Assembly: GCA_019419545.1 (NCBI GenBank)
Contig: DXZT01000050.1
Span: 35,840-99,839 of the forward strand
Source of the DNA: Collinsella sp.
GTDB taxonomy: Bacteria; Actinomycetota; Coriobacteriia; Coriobacteriales; Coriobacteriaceae
Length of the DNA stretch: 64,000 nucleotides
Reading direction: 5' to 3'
Notes under the pieces: generated by a model
The model's input: only the letters and a program-made list of their open reading frames with translations
Told to the model about the DNA's origin: nothing
Databases searched by the model: none
Program-made: the position numbers and the translations under genes
In this document: in pieces, positions 41,654-51,280 of the stretch
Position numbering within the stretch: position 1 is the first letter of the stretch
Layout: each line of letters starts with the position of its first letter

Positions 41654-41787
41654 GAAGGCCGTACGGGCTAACCCCTGAAAACGTCCTCGACCAATGAAAC
41701 GCCCCCGTTCTGCTCCTTCGGAGCTACGAACGGGGGCGTTTCTGGTCTGCGGAATGTTTTCAGGGGTTAGCCCGTACGGCCTTCTAC
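41654..41787. repeat. Long GTAG-tagged palindrome, copy 3
   Basis: 29-bp perfect outer arms GAAGGCCGTACGGGCTAACCCCTGAAAAC, inner GAAACGCCCCCGTTC stem and a C(UUCG)G apex; internal GTCCT/TGCGGAA. Confidence 0.85.
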
Positions 41788-41932
41788 TGCCACGAAGCAT
41801 TCAGAGCATCTGGAGTGGACGGCGGCTTGGCTACGAGCTGGGGCTGAGGATCTGAATGGATGGGTGTCGTTGCTGGGAGCGCTGGCGTTACTGGTGGCGA
41901 TCACTTTGGGACTGGAATTTCCGCCTGCTAGC

Positions 41933-41968
41933 AAAAAGGCCTCCTGAGCTGCTGCTCAGGAGGCCTTT
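41933..41968 (-). terminator. Terminator after ackA
   Basis: AAAAAGGCCTCCTGAGC...GCTCAGGAGGCCTTT. Confidence 0.75.
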
Positions 41969-41990
41969 CGTTCAATCGCAAGCGAACGCA

Positions 41991-43169
41991 CTAGTTATTC
42001 GCGGTCAAACGCTCGACGTCGTGGGCGATCATGTATTCCTCGTCGGTGGGGATGACCATGACCGTGACGGAAGAACCGGCGGCGCTGATGACCTGCGGAC
42101 CGTTGCCCACGGCCTCGCGGTTCTTGTTGTTGTCGATGCGCACGCCCAGCCACTCAAAGCAGTCGCAGAAGGCCTTGCGGATCGACCAGTCATTCTCACC
42201 GATGCCGGCGGTAAAGGTAATGGTGTCCACGCCCGCCATGGAGGCAATCATGGAACCGGCCTGTTGCATGGCCTTGTAAGCGAACATATCGAAGGCGAGC
42301 AGGCAGCGCTCGTCACCCTCAGAGGCGCGCGTACGGATGTCGCGGGCATCGTTGGAGATACCCGAGATGGCAAGCAGACCGGACTGCTTGTTCATCATGT
42401 CGTCGACTTCCTGGTAGCTGTAGCCGCCCTCGCGCTGCAGGTAGCACACGGTAGCCGGGTCGATGGAGCCGCAGCGGGTTCCCATCATCAGGCCGTCGAG
42501 CGGCGTGAGGCCCATCGTGGTATCGCGGCATACACCGTCCTCAATGGCGGCGAGCGAAGCGCCGTTGCCCAGATGACACGAAAGCAGACGGTGGCAGCGC
42601 GAACCCAGGATCTCCTTGGCCATCATCCACTCGTAGCGATGGCTCGTACCGTGGGCGCCGTACTTGCGCACGTGGTACTTGTTACACACGTCCTTGGGCA
42701 GGGCGTAGGTGTAGGCGACCTCGGGCATAGTCATGTGGAACGAGGTGTCGAAGACGGCCACGTTGGGCAGCTCCGGATACTTCTCGCGACAATACTCGAT
42801 TGCCGCTGCCTCGCCGTAGTTGTGCAGCGGGGCAAGCGGTGCCACCTCGAGAATCTTAGCCATGACCTCATCGTCGACGACCGCGGAATCGTCAAAGTAC
42901 CAGCCACCCTGAACGATACGATGCCCAATGCCATCGATCGTAAAGTCGGTCTTCTCGAGCTCCTCGAGCACACGTGCGATAGCCGAACGGTGGTCCGGGA
43001 AGGGGACCTCCTCGGTTTGCTTGGCGCTACCGTTCTCGGAGTGGCCAAAGATGCCCATGTCCGAACCGATACGTTCGCAGTTGCCCTTGGCGAAAACCTC
43101 GCGGGTATCGGTATCCAAAAGCTGATATTTAAGGCTTGAGCTACCGGCGTTGACAACAAGTACGTTCAT
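41991..43169 (-). CDS. ackA: Acetate kinase, paralog 1
   Basis: NAGSSSLK, GHRIVQGG, LAPLHN, YGAHGTSH, MGLTPLDG, FTAGIGEN, PTDEE. Confidence 0.95.
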   Translation of the reverse strand: MNVLVVNAGSSSLKYQLLDTDTREVFAKGNCERIGSDMGIFGHSENGSAKQTEEVPFPDHRSAIARVLEELEKTDFTIDGIGHRIVQGGWYFDDSAVVDDEVMAKILEVAPLAPLHNYGEAAAIEYCREKYPELPNVAVFDTSFHMTMPEVAYTYALPKDVCNKYHVRKYGAHGTSHRYEWMMAKEILGSRCHRLLSCHLGNGASLAAIEDGVCRDTTMGLTPLDGLMMGTRCGSIDPATVCYLQREGGYSYQEVDDMMNKQSGLLAISGISNDARDIRTRASEGDERCLLAFDMFAYKAMQQAGSMIASMAGVDTITFTAGIGENDWSIRKAFCDCFEWLGVRIDNNKNREAVGNGPQVISAAGSSVTVMVIPTDEEYMIAHDVERLTANN

Positions 43170-43333
43170 GAGACTCCTTTGCAGTGCGATACGGTCGGCG
43201 CAGACCCCTTAAGGCGGCCACATGTTAATAAGAAGTTATCACAACTTAATAAATAACTATCAGGCATATCGCCCAACGAGCACAAAAGAGGGGCCGAACG
43301 GCGCTCGGTCGTCCAGCCCCTCCCCTTTTGCAA

Positions 43334-44512
43334 TTACTTGCCATTGACGATGCGCTCGACGTCGGAAGCGATCATGAACTCCTCGTCCGTGGGGATAACG
43401 AAAATCTTAACCTTGGAATCCTTGGCAGACAGGCACCATGCGCCGTCACCACGCAGGGCGTTGCGGGCATGATCCATCTTGACGCCCATAAAGGCCAGGC
43501 GGTCGGCCACGCCGGCGCGGACGGCAGGAGCGTGCTCACCGATGCCGGCAGTGAAGACCAGGGTGTCCATACCGCACATGGAGGTGGCCATCTCGGCAGC
43601 CTTGGCGGCAATCTTGTAGACGAACATATCGAAGGCGAGCTGGGCCTCGGGGTCACCGGCAGCGGCGAGCTCCTCGACGTTGCGGCAGTCGTTGGTCTTG
43701 CCACCGGTCACAGCCAAAAGGCCGGACTTCTTGTTCATCATCTCGTCGACCTCGTCGAAGGTGTAGCCGCCCTCGCGCTGCAGGTAGCACACGGTAGCCG
43801 GGTCGATGGAGCCGCAGCGGGTGCCCATCATGACGCCGTCGAGCGGCGTCAAGCCCATGGTGGTGTCCATGCACTTGCCGTCCTCGATGGCGCACAGGGA
43901 AGCGCCGGAGCCGATATGGCACACGACGACCTTACGGGCCTCGCCGTTGGTCATCTCGGCGACCTTCTTGGAGATGTAACGGTAGCTGGTGCCGTGGGCG
44001 CCGTACTTACGGATGTGCAGCTTGTCGCAGACGTCCTTGGGCAGGGCGTAAGTCTTGGCGACCTCGGGCATGTTGAAGTGGAAAGCGGTGTCGTAGACCG
44101 TGACGTTGGGCAGGTCGGGATACTGCTCCAGGCAGTACTCGATAACGTTGGCCTCGGGGTTGTTGTGCAGCGGCGCCAGCGGGGCGACCTCGCGGATCTT
44201 GGCGAGAACGTCCTCGTCGACGAGGGAGGAATCGCCGAAGTACCAACCGCCCTGAACGATGCGATGGCCGATGCCCTCGATCTTGACGCCGTTGGCCTCG
44301 AGGTCCTTCAGAACGACCTCGATGGCGACCTTGTGGTCAGGGAACTCGATGTTCTCGGTCACTTTCTTGGAACCGTTGGCAGCGTGGGTGAAGGTACCGC
44401 CGGTAAAGCAGACGCGCTCGCAGGATCCCTTTGCGGACACCTTGTGGGACTTGGTATCGATGACCTGATACTTAAGGGTCGAAGATCCCGCGTTGACGAC
44501 CAGAACGTTCAT
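43334..44512 (-). CDS. ackA: Acetate kinase, paralog 2
   Basis: NAGSSTLK, GHRIVQGG, LAPLHN, YGAHGTSY, FTAGIGEH, PTDEE. Confidence 0.95.
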   Translation of the reverse strand: MNVLVVNAGSSTLKYQVIDTKSHKVSAKGSCERVCFTGGTFTHAANGSKKVTENIEFPDHKVAIEVVLKDLEANGVKIEGIGHRIVQGGWYFGDSSLVDEDVLAKIREVAPLAPLHNNPEANVIEYCLEQYPDLPNVTVYDTAFHFNMPEVAKTYALPKDVCDKLHIRKYGAHGTSYRYISKKVAEMTNGEARKVVVCHIGSGASLCAIEDGKCMDTTMGLTPLDGVMMGTRCGSIDPATVCYLQREGGYTFDEVDEMMNKKSGLLAVTGGKTNDCRNVEELAAAGDPEAQLAFDMFVYKIAAKAAEMATSMCGMDTLVFTAGIGEHAPAVRAGVADRLAFMGVKMDHARNALRGDGAWCLSAKDSKVKIFVIPTDEEFMIASDVERIVNGK

Positions 44513-44614
44513 GTGTCTCCCTACTAACAGGCGGTGTGGCGCCGCCAGGTTACATATGCTTCAATAATAAACCCAAACGCCCTCGCGCTCGGGTTTATTG
44601 CGTTGATATATAAG

Positions 44615-45793
44615 TTATCGGTGCCTAAATACGCATGGCCTTTGACTTGTAAGACAAAATAGCGCGGGGATATACACCAAAGAAGAAATCCCGAGCGCGA
44701 CAAGCAATATGACTCGAATGTCCACGATGCTGCTCAACGCAGCATTGAACAGATAGAAAAGGATGGCACCCACCGCCACCATCTGGCTTTGAACCGAAAT
44801 CAGTGAACAGCGCATCGAAGGATCGGCTGCTTTTTGAAAAACTGAGTATTTAATTGGAGCAAATAACGAGTAAGCGACCGTCTGCAGCACATAGAACACG
44901 GGCAGCAAATAAACCGGAGTTAAGGGAATCAAAAACAGAGCTGTCAGGAAAAGACGCACGATGCCGCAAATACGCGCAAAGCGGCCCTTGTCGACATGAG
45001 CAATCGCACAGGGCACAATAAGTCCCATGGAGGCCGAGGCAAGGAGCTGAACCGCAATGGTCACACCCGAAGCGACGGCATTCATTCCGCAACCCGCAAG
45101 CAGCAGTGAGAAAAAGTCTTCCAGGGCGACAAAAGCAAATGCCTGAGAACAGTCCATGATGAACGCTGAACGAAGAACGCCATTACCCGCAATAGCGGCA
45201 CCGATCATCTTCGGGCTAATCCCATGTTCAGGTGTCGTCGCAGTGCCCCCTCTTCGCATCTCAGGAATGCAGACAACGACAAGCAACGTCAACACCATTG
45301 CAATGATATCTGTCGAAAGACCAATGAGATATGCACCGACAGACGAAATGAAACCGCCCACGCAAGCGGAGATGGCATAAGAGGCATAGAAAACAAATCG
45401 CTCAACGACATTAAGTCTTACGAGCTGGTCCTGAGAGACGCTGTCAATGTAAATCGCTTCGATGGATCCGCTCACACATGCAACGGCAAAACCCTTGAGA
45501 GCGAACGCACCGATTAAAAGCAGAGGAGAACGGACGAGAAGCAGGGCGACATAGTATCCAAGCATCCCCACGACGCCAACGAGACCACTTGTCTTTCGTC
45601 CAAACCTATCAGCAATATAGCCAGTGGGAACTTCAAGGATGAACTTGCTCACTTGGTATGCAATCATCATGCTAGAAATCGCCACCATCGAGAATCCGAC
45701 AAATTCAAGGTAAACCGTCAGAAAATACAAAATGGTGCTGAAGTTCGACAGAAAAACGAACGTCATATAAAGCAAAACCGTACGGTTTTTCAT
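44615..45793 (-). CDS. MFS transporter
   Basis: LEVPTGYIADRFGRK (motif A), about 12 TM helices; GGAGGG RBS; lower GC. Confidence 0.88.
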   Translation of the reverse strand: MKNRTVLLYMTFVFLSNFSTILYFLTVYLEFVGFSMVAISSMMIAYQVSKFILEVPTGYIADRFGRKTSGLVGVVGMLGYYVALLLVRSPLLLIGAFALKGFAVACVSGSIEAIYIDSVSQDQLVRLNVVERFVFYASYAISACVGGFISSVGAYLIGLSTDIIAMVLTLLVVVCIPEMRRGGTATTPEHGISPKMIGAAIAGNGVLRSAFIMDCSQAFAFVALEDFFSLLLAGCGMNAVASGVTIAVQLLASASMGLIVPCAIAHVDKGRFARICGIVRLFLTALFLIPLTPVYLLPVFYVLQTVAYSLFAPIKYSVFQKAADPSMRCSLISVQSQMVAVGAILFYLFNAALSSIVDIRVILLVALGISSLVYIPALFCLTSQRPCVFRHR

Positions 45794-45912
45794 GCTCCAC
45801 CCTCCAAGAGTCAGCAATCTAAATCGGAATCTTGGAAAAGCATGAGGGCAAAGCTGTCAGCTATGTGTTACAAGGCGTCAATAATCACTTGATGCCTCGA
45901 AGCCAATTAATC

Positions 45913-46803
45913 TCACGAAGCAAGATGACGCAATAGGTGCAGAAAAACCGTCTGGTGTCGATCAGTCCAGGCATTTTGTCGATAGCAAAAGTAGATGGGC
46001 AAGGCTACGTCACGCGAACCTTCAATGGAGCACTCGCTCACTTCCAATACATCTGATTCGAGAGAAAAGTCAGAAAAACTCAATATCAATCCCCCGGCTT
46101 GAAGAAACTCAGTCTGCGCCCTGTTTCCGTATTCAACATCACGGAAGCGAAAATTGACGAGCTGGGCTTCGGGACATTGATTGATTGCATTGAGACAGGG
46201 TGACAAATTAATGGGAACAGCGAGCCTGCCGCCCAGTAACTCGCGAATGGTCATGGCGCCCACAGATTGATGACCCGCTGGGCATGAAAGAACCTTGAGC
46301 TCCTTTTCACCCAAATATTTTGAAGAAAGGACGCTGTCCCGTGGTTCCTCGAATGAGATAGCCGCATCCGAAATGCCAAGCACAAGTGATTCAAAGCATG
46401 TAGCCGTTGGCTGATGCCACACATCAAGGTGAATCTGAGGGTGCGAGCGTTCAAACGAGTCATACCAGCTTTCGGCAAAAAGGCGCCCCCGCCCATGAAG
46501 GCAGGGGGCGTAAAGACGAAAGTGGCCATCGGGCGAAACGCCGTCGCCCCTCGATTGAGCGTACTTTTTGAGATCGTCGACTTGTGCCAGGATCACGCGC
46601 GCACGACGCGCAAATTCTCTGCCCGCCGGAGACAAAACAGCCTCCCCCGCCGATCGGTCGAGCAAAACAATCTGATACTCAGATTCCAGCTTTTTGATTG
46701 CCGACGAAACGGCCTGCGGACTCACATGAACGGCGCGAGCTGCTTTGCGCACGCCGCCATAGTTCGCTACCGCTTGAAGGTATTCGAGTTGAGAAAGCTG
46801 CAT
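45913..46803 (-). CDS. LysR-family transcriptional regulator
   Basis: MQLSQLEYL...KAARAVHVSPQAVSSAIKKLE...LLDR HTH; 296 aa; divergent C-terminal domain. Confidence 0.88.
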   Translation of the reverse strand: MQLSQLEYLQAVANYGGVRKAARAVHVSPQAVSSAIKKLESEYQIVLLDRSAGEAVLSPAGREFARRARVILAQVDDLKKYAQSRGDGVSPDGHFRLYAPCLHGRGRLFAESWYDSFERSHPQIHLDVWHQPTATCFESLVLGISDAAISFEEPRDSVLSSKYLGEKELKVLSCPAGHQSVGAMTIRELLGGRLAVPINLSPCLNAINQCPEAQLVNFRFRDVEYGNRAQTEFLQAGGLILSFSDFSLESDVLEVSECSIEGSRDVALPIYFCYRQNAWTDRHQTVFLHLLRHLAS

Positions 46804-46844
46804 AGATTACTCCAAAGGCAGCCAAGTCGACGGGCCAAGCGCCC

Positions 46845-47180
46845 TCAGATGAGGTTCTCGCCCAGGTTTTTGCCGCCGAGGACGTGCATGTGGAAGTGCA
46901 TGACGGTCTGGCCGGCGTTGACGCCCTTGTTGGAGATGACGCGGAAACCGTCCTCCAGACCCTTGGCCTTGGCGACCTCCTGGATGGCGTGAGCTATGGC
47001 GCCCATGGTCTCGGCGGGTACGTTGTCGGCGATGTCGCTGTAGTGCTTCTTAGGGATCACGAGCGTGTGGACCGGCGCCTGCGGGTTGAGGTCGTCGAAG
47101 GCGATGACCTGGTCGTCCTCATAGACAACGGTCGAGGGGATCTCGTGGTTGGCAATTTTACAGAAGATGCAATCGCACAT
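46845..47180 (-). CDS. hit: Histidine triad nucleotide-binding protein
   Basis: DCIFCKI, PQAPVHTLVIPKKH, GQTVMHFHMHVLGG. Confidence 0.95.
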   Translation of the reverse strand: MCDCIFCKIANHEIPSTVVYEDDQVIAFDDLNPQAPVHTLVIPKKHYSDIADNVPAETMGAIAHAIQEVAKAKGLEDGFRVISNKGVNAGQTVMHFHMHVLGGKNLGENLI

Positions 47181-47229
47181 AGCTGGTTCCTTTCTTACAG
47201 ACCAAGGTAATTATATTTGGTCGAGATGC

Positions 47230-47496
47230 TTAGAACGAAAGGTTATCATCGGTGTTGGCGGCCTCGCCGTCGGCGAGCACGTCGTTGCCGTCGACGTCCT
47301 TAAGGAGCACCGAGACCTTCTGCTCGGCATCGGACAGGCGGGTGCGCAGGCTTTTGAGGAGCTCGACGCCGCGGGTGTAGCTCTCGAGCGACTCCTCAAG
47401 CTCCATATCGCCCGACTCCAGGCTGCGGATGATGAGCTCCAGCTCCTGCGAGGCCTGCTTGTACGTAAGCTGCTCGACCGGGGTCTTCTCTGCCAT
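47230..47496 (-). CDS. xseB: Exodeoxyribonuclease VII small subunit
   Basis: ELELIIRSLESGDMELEESLESYTRGVEL; follows xseA. Confidence 0.93.
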   Translation of the reverse strand: MAEKTPVEQLTYKQASQELELIIRSLESGDMELEESLESYTRGVELLKSLRTRLSDAEQKVSVLLKDVDGNDVLADGEAANTDDNLSF

Positions 47497-47538
47497 ATCT
47501 GTTTCCTTTCCTAAGGGTCTATCACTGCGAAACGCGGT

Positions 47539-48990
47539 CTACTCGACCGTATCGACCGTTGCTGCCACGTTGCCGTCTGCCATGCGCACGCGAATGGCGT
47601 CGCCAGGCTTAAAGGTCTTGGCACTCGTAGCCACACCATCATCGCTGTACGCGATGGAATAGCCGCGAGCAAGCACTTTGAGCGGCGACAGGGCATCGAG
47701 CGACGCTGCCGCACGGCTCAGGTCGGACGCTGGCTTGCTGAGCATCGTGCGCCCTTGATGCTCTAGGCGGGAACTCGCAAGCGTGAGCGCATGGCGCTTA
47801 CCATCGAGCCCCGAGGTGCTTGTAATCAGACGCTCGGGCAAGCGCTCAAAGTTGGAGCGGAATGTCCCGACCGAGCGTACTATGGCGCCCGACAGGCGAT
47901 CGGCAGTCAGCGCAAGCTCCGATTCGCGACGCTCGACCATAAATGTGGGGTCGTTGAGGCACGGGCGACACGCAGCGGCATCGAGCGCATCACCCAAGCG
48001 AGCCGTATAGGTATCCCAGGCACGGCGACCGCGCTGATCGAGCATCTCTAGGTCGACCTGGGCCGACCCAATCATCGATGCCATCGCGGCACCCAGACGC
48101 TGATGGCGCGCCTCGAGCACATCGGCCAACTCCGTCATAGCCGGCGCCACCGATTCTGCCGCCGCCGTGGGCGTGGAGGCGCGTCGGTCGCTCACCATGT
48201 CGCAAATCGAGGTATCGGGCTCATGGCCAATGCCGGTCACCACGGGCACAGGACAAGCCGCCACCGCGCGGGCAAGCTCCTCGTCATTAAAGGTCATGAG
48301 GTCCTCAAAGGAGCCGCCGCCGCGCACCAGCAAAATACAGTCGGGCGCCGGCGTAATGGAAGCGGCGCGGCGCAAGCCATCAATGAGCTCGGCCGGCGCA
48401 CCCTCGCCTTGAACCTTGGCGCCCACGCAGACAAGCTCGACGAGCGGGTTGCGACGGCGCAGCGTACGCTTGACGTCGTCGATTACCGCACCGGAAAGCG
48501 AGGTGACGACCGCCACGCGTGAGCAAAACACCGGGATGCGGCGTTTGCGGGACTCGTCCATCAGTCCCTCGCGGCGTAGCTTTTCGGCCAACTGCGCCAC
48601 TTGTTGACGCAGCAGACCCTCCCCCGCCAGCGAGAACGAGCGGGCGACGAAGCTCATGCGACCCGTAGGCTTGTAGAGATTGAAGCTACCCTTAAAGCTC
48701 ACCTGCATGCCATCGCGCAAATCGAAGGTGCGCTTGAGATAGGCGCCCTTCCAAATGATGCAGTCGACGGCCGACGAGTCGTCCTTGATTTGGAAGTAGC
48801 AGTGGCCGCTTCGGGCATTGGGGCCGCGGAAACCAGTGACCTCACCCAAAACGCTCAGCTGCGGAATGGCATCGAGCGCGCCGGCGGCGATCTCCACCGC
48901 TTGGCTCACGCTGAGCTCTTTGCGCTCCTGCTCGTCCGATCCGTCGAACTCGGCGGAAACGGCGTTGCCGGTTAGATTCCAGCCTGCCAC
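47539..48990 (-). CDS. xseA: Exodeoxyribonuclease VII large subunit
   Basis: SGHCYFQIKD, RGGGSFEDLMTFNDE, GIGHEPD, STPTAAAE, LSPLKVLARGYS; GTG start inferred. Confidence 0.95.
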   Translation of the reverse strand: MAGWNLTGNAVSAEFDGSDEQERKELSVSQAVEIAAGALDAIPQLSVLGEVTGFRGPNARSGHCYFQIKDDSSAVDCIIWKGAYLKRTFDLRDGMQVSFKGSFNLYKPTGRMSFVARSFSLAGEGLLRQQVAQLAEKLRREGLMDESRKRRIPVFCSRVAVVTSLSGAVIDDVKRTLRRRNPLVELVCVGAKVQGEGAPAELIDGLRRAASITPAPDCILLVRGGGSFEDLMTFNDEELARAVAACPVPVVTGIGHEPDTSICDMVSDRRASTPTAAAESVAPAMTELADVLEARHQRLGAAMASMIGSAQVDLEMLDQRGRRAWDTYTARLGDALDAAACRPCLNDPTFMVERRESELALTADRLSGAIVRSVGTFRSNFERLPERLITSTSGLDGKRHALTLASSRLEHQGRTMLSKPASDLSRAAASLDALSPLKVLARGYSIAYSDDGVATSAKTFKPGDAIRVRMADGNVAATVDTVE

Positions 48991-49105
48991 GCAGCCCCCT
49001 TTCGTCATCGTGCACATGGGCTCCGGCCCTGCGCTAATTCAAGTCCAACACATAGTACAGCGCCGCGGGGACACAAATCCCCACGGCGCCCGTCGGTCCC
49101 ATTTG

Positions 49106-49810
49106 TTATCGGTTGGAGTTTCTGTTGTAGCGAGCCATAAGGTAGAGCAGCTGAATAATCGAGGTGAGCGCCGCGGCCACGTAGGTGAGCGCAGCTGCCG
49201 TCAACACCTTCTTGGCACCGTTGACCTGCTTGGAGCTCATACCCGACTGCTCAATATACGCCACGGCACGTCGGCTGGCATCGATCTCGACCGGCAGCGT
49301 AACCAGCTGGAATAGCACGCTAAACGAGAAGAAGATCAGCGCGAGGGTCGTGAGCCCTGCTATGTTCATAAACAGGCCCATGAGCAGCACGATCGTCCAG
49401 GTGTTCTGGGTAAAGTTGACGACGGGGACCAAAGCGGTGCGTACCTTCATCATGGCGTAACCGCTTTGGCGCTGGGCGGCGTGGCCCGCCTCGTGGCACG
49501 CGACGGCAACGCTTGCGACCGACCCGCCCGAACGGTTGGCGTCCGAGAGATACAGGTTGTTATCCTGCGGATTGTAATGGTCGGTGAGCTCGCCGGCGAC
49601 ACCCTTGATGCCCACGGCGCTACAACCGTTGGCATCGAGCATGCGACGAGCGACCGTGGCGCCCGTATCGCCGTCCGAGCGCACCTTAGACCACGTCTTG
49701 TACGTCGAGTTGATATAGCTCTGCGCGGCAAGGCCAAGCACTGTGCAGACAAGAACAACCAGCAGGTACAGCGGGTCGATGCCAAAGCCATATCCATAGT
49801 AATAGGGCAT
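49106..49810 (-). CDS. Membrane zinc metallopeptidase (YugP-like)
   Basis: LTDHYNP, HEAGH, TLPVEIDASRRA, VLTAAALTYVAA; GGAGG RBS. Confidence 0.92.
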   Translation of the reverse strand: MPYYYGYGFGIDPLYLLVVLVCTVLGLAAQSYINSTYKTWSKVRSDGDTGATVARRMLDANGCSAVGIKGVAGELTDHYNPQDNNLYLSDANRSGGSVASVAVACHEAGHAAQRQSGYAMMKVRTALVPVVNFTQNTWTIVLLMGLFMNIAGLTTLALIFFSFSVLFQLVTLPVEIDASRRAVAYIEQSGMSSKQVNGAKKVLTAAALTYVAAALTSIIQLLYLMARYNRNSNR

Positions 49811-49888
49811 GCGAATTCCTCCAAATCGAGTTACACGTTGGAGGCATTCTACCCACTCGCCCAGCAGGCAAATCAACATCGATGTTTT

Positions 49889-50041
49889 GGCAATGTCAGC
49901 GAAAACGGCCGAGAGCGAGCAAGGTGACGTGAAAGAGAAGCGACGCGTACTTTGGTACGCGAGCGACGATTGAACGTCAGATTGCCGCTCTCGGCCGTTT
50001 GCAGCGTCGAGCTGTTACGCGGTTTGGTAAAACCGCGTAAC
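49889..50041. repeat. 153-bp structured intergenic repeat, copy B
   Basis: Same length and orientation as 18733-18885; differences fall almost entirely in paired positions. Confidence 0.9.
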
Positions 50042-50048
50042 TATATAC

Positions 50049-51182
50049 CTATAACAACTCAATCTTTCCGTCCTTCACGGTGAGTCCCATATTGCCGGAA
50101 AGCAGATCGTCCAGACGCGAGCCCACAAGCTCAAAACGCCAGCCTTCACGCAGGGGGCTCTGCTCGGGATGCTCAATGTAGTCGGCCAGGTCATCGCGCG
50201 AGGCAATAACCGAGGTCGCCACTCCCGAGCGTTCGGCAACCAGGCGGATGAGCGCATACATCAGGTCCGTCACGCTCTCCAGCTCCGGCGAGATCTGACG
50301 GTGCCCGCGCACCATGAGCGGCAGGCGATCGTACGGGCAGCTCGCGCCGCGCTTGATGGCCATGAGCGCGCCGTCCACATCGCGCTCCCCCAACTGGTCG
50401 GTACCGCGAATGCTACGGAACTCCTCAACGCGCACGGGATTGCGCTTAACGAGCGCAAGCAGCGTGTCGTCGGACATGACCCACTTGCGCGGGATGTTAC
50501 GGCGCTCGGCGCGGTCCTCGCGCCAGGCGGCGAGCTCGCGCGCGATGCCCAACTGGTGACGGCTGCACGAATTGATGCGTTTGACCTTACGGAACGCCTC
50601 GTGGCGATCGGCGCGATAGTGCGACTCGTCAGCCAGCGGGCGCAGCTCGTCGAGCACCCAGTCCACGCGGCCCAGCTCGCGCAGGCGGCTCATCATCTCG
50701 GTATAGGCGACGATCAGGTACTTGACGTCATCGATCGCGTACTCGATCTGTTTGTCGGTCAGCGGGCGACGCGACCAGTCGGTCAGCGACTCGGTCTTGG
50801 GCAGCGAGACGCCGCAAAACGTCTGCACGAGCGCACCGTAGGAAATCTGCTGGCGTTCGCCCAAAAAGGCGGCGGCCACCTGCGTGTCAAAAATCGGACG
50901 CGGCAGCACGCCTACGGTATGAAGCATAACCTCCATATCCTGCGAGCAAGCGTGGAAGACCTTGGTCACGCTCTCATCGGCCATAAGCTCGGCCAGCGGC
51001 GATAGGTCGTCGATTACCAGGGGATCGACCGCTACGCTCTCGGCAGGGGTGGCAATCTGGACCAGGCACAGACGCGGATGGAACGTGCGCTCGCGCAAAA
51101 ACTCGGTATCGACGGCAATCGCGTCGAACTCACGGGCGCGCTGGCAAAAGTCGAGTAGAGCCTGATGTGTGGAAATGTACAT
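50049..51182 (-). CDS. rnd: Ribonuclease D
   Basis: AVDTEF, LCLVQI, KVFHACSQD, FDTQVAA, TDWSRRPL, YAIDDV, HRDC domain. Confidence 0.95.
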   Translation of the reverse strand: MYISTHQALLDFCQRAREFDAIAVDTEFLRERTFHPRLCLVQIATPAESVAVDPLVIDDLSPLAELMADESVTKVFHACSQDMEVMLHTVGVLPRPIFDTQVAAAFLGERQQISYGALVQTFCGVSLPKTESLTDWSRRPLTDKQIEYAIDDVKYLIVAYTEMMSRLRELGRVDWVLDELRPLADESHYRADRHEAFRKVKRINSCSRHQLGIARELAAWREDRAERRNIPRKWVMSDDTLLALVKRNPVRVEEFRSIRGTDQLGERDVDGALMAIKRGASCPYDRLPLMVRGHRQISPELESVTDLMYALIRLVAERSGVATSVIASRDDLADYIEHPEQSPLREGWRFELVGSRLDDLLSGNMGLTVKDGKIELL

Positions 51183-51280
51183 ATCAACCCATCGAATAAG
51201 GTTAGGCCCGAAAAACACGGGTAGGATATCGGCATTGCCTTACAACTATACTCGGTTAGTCACAGAACGGGAACGTAAGT

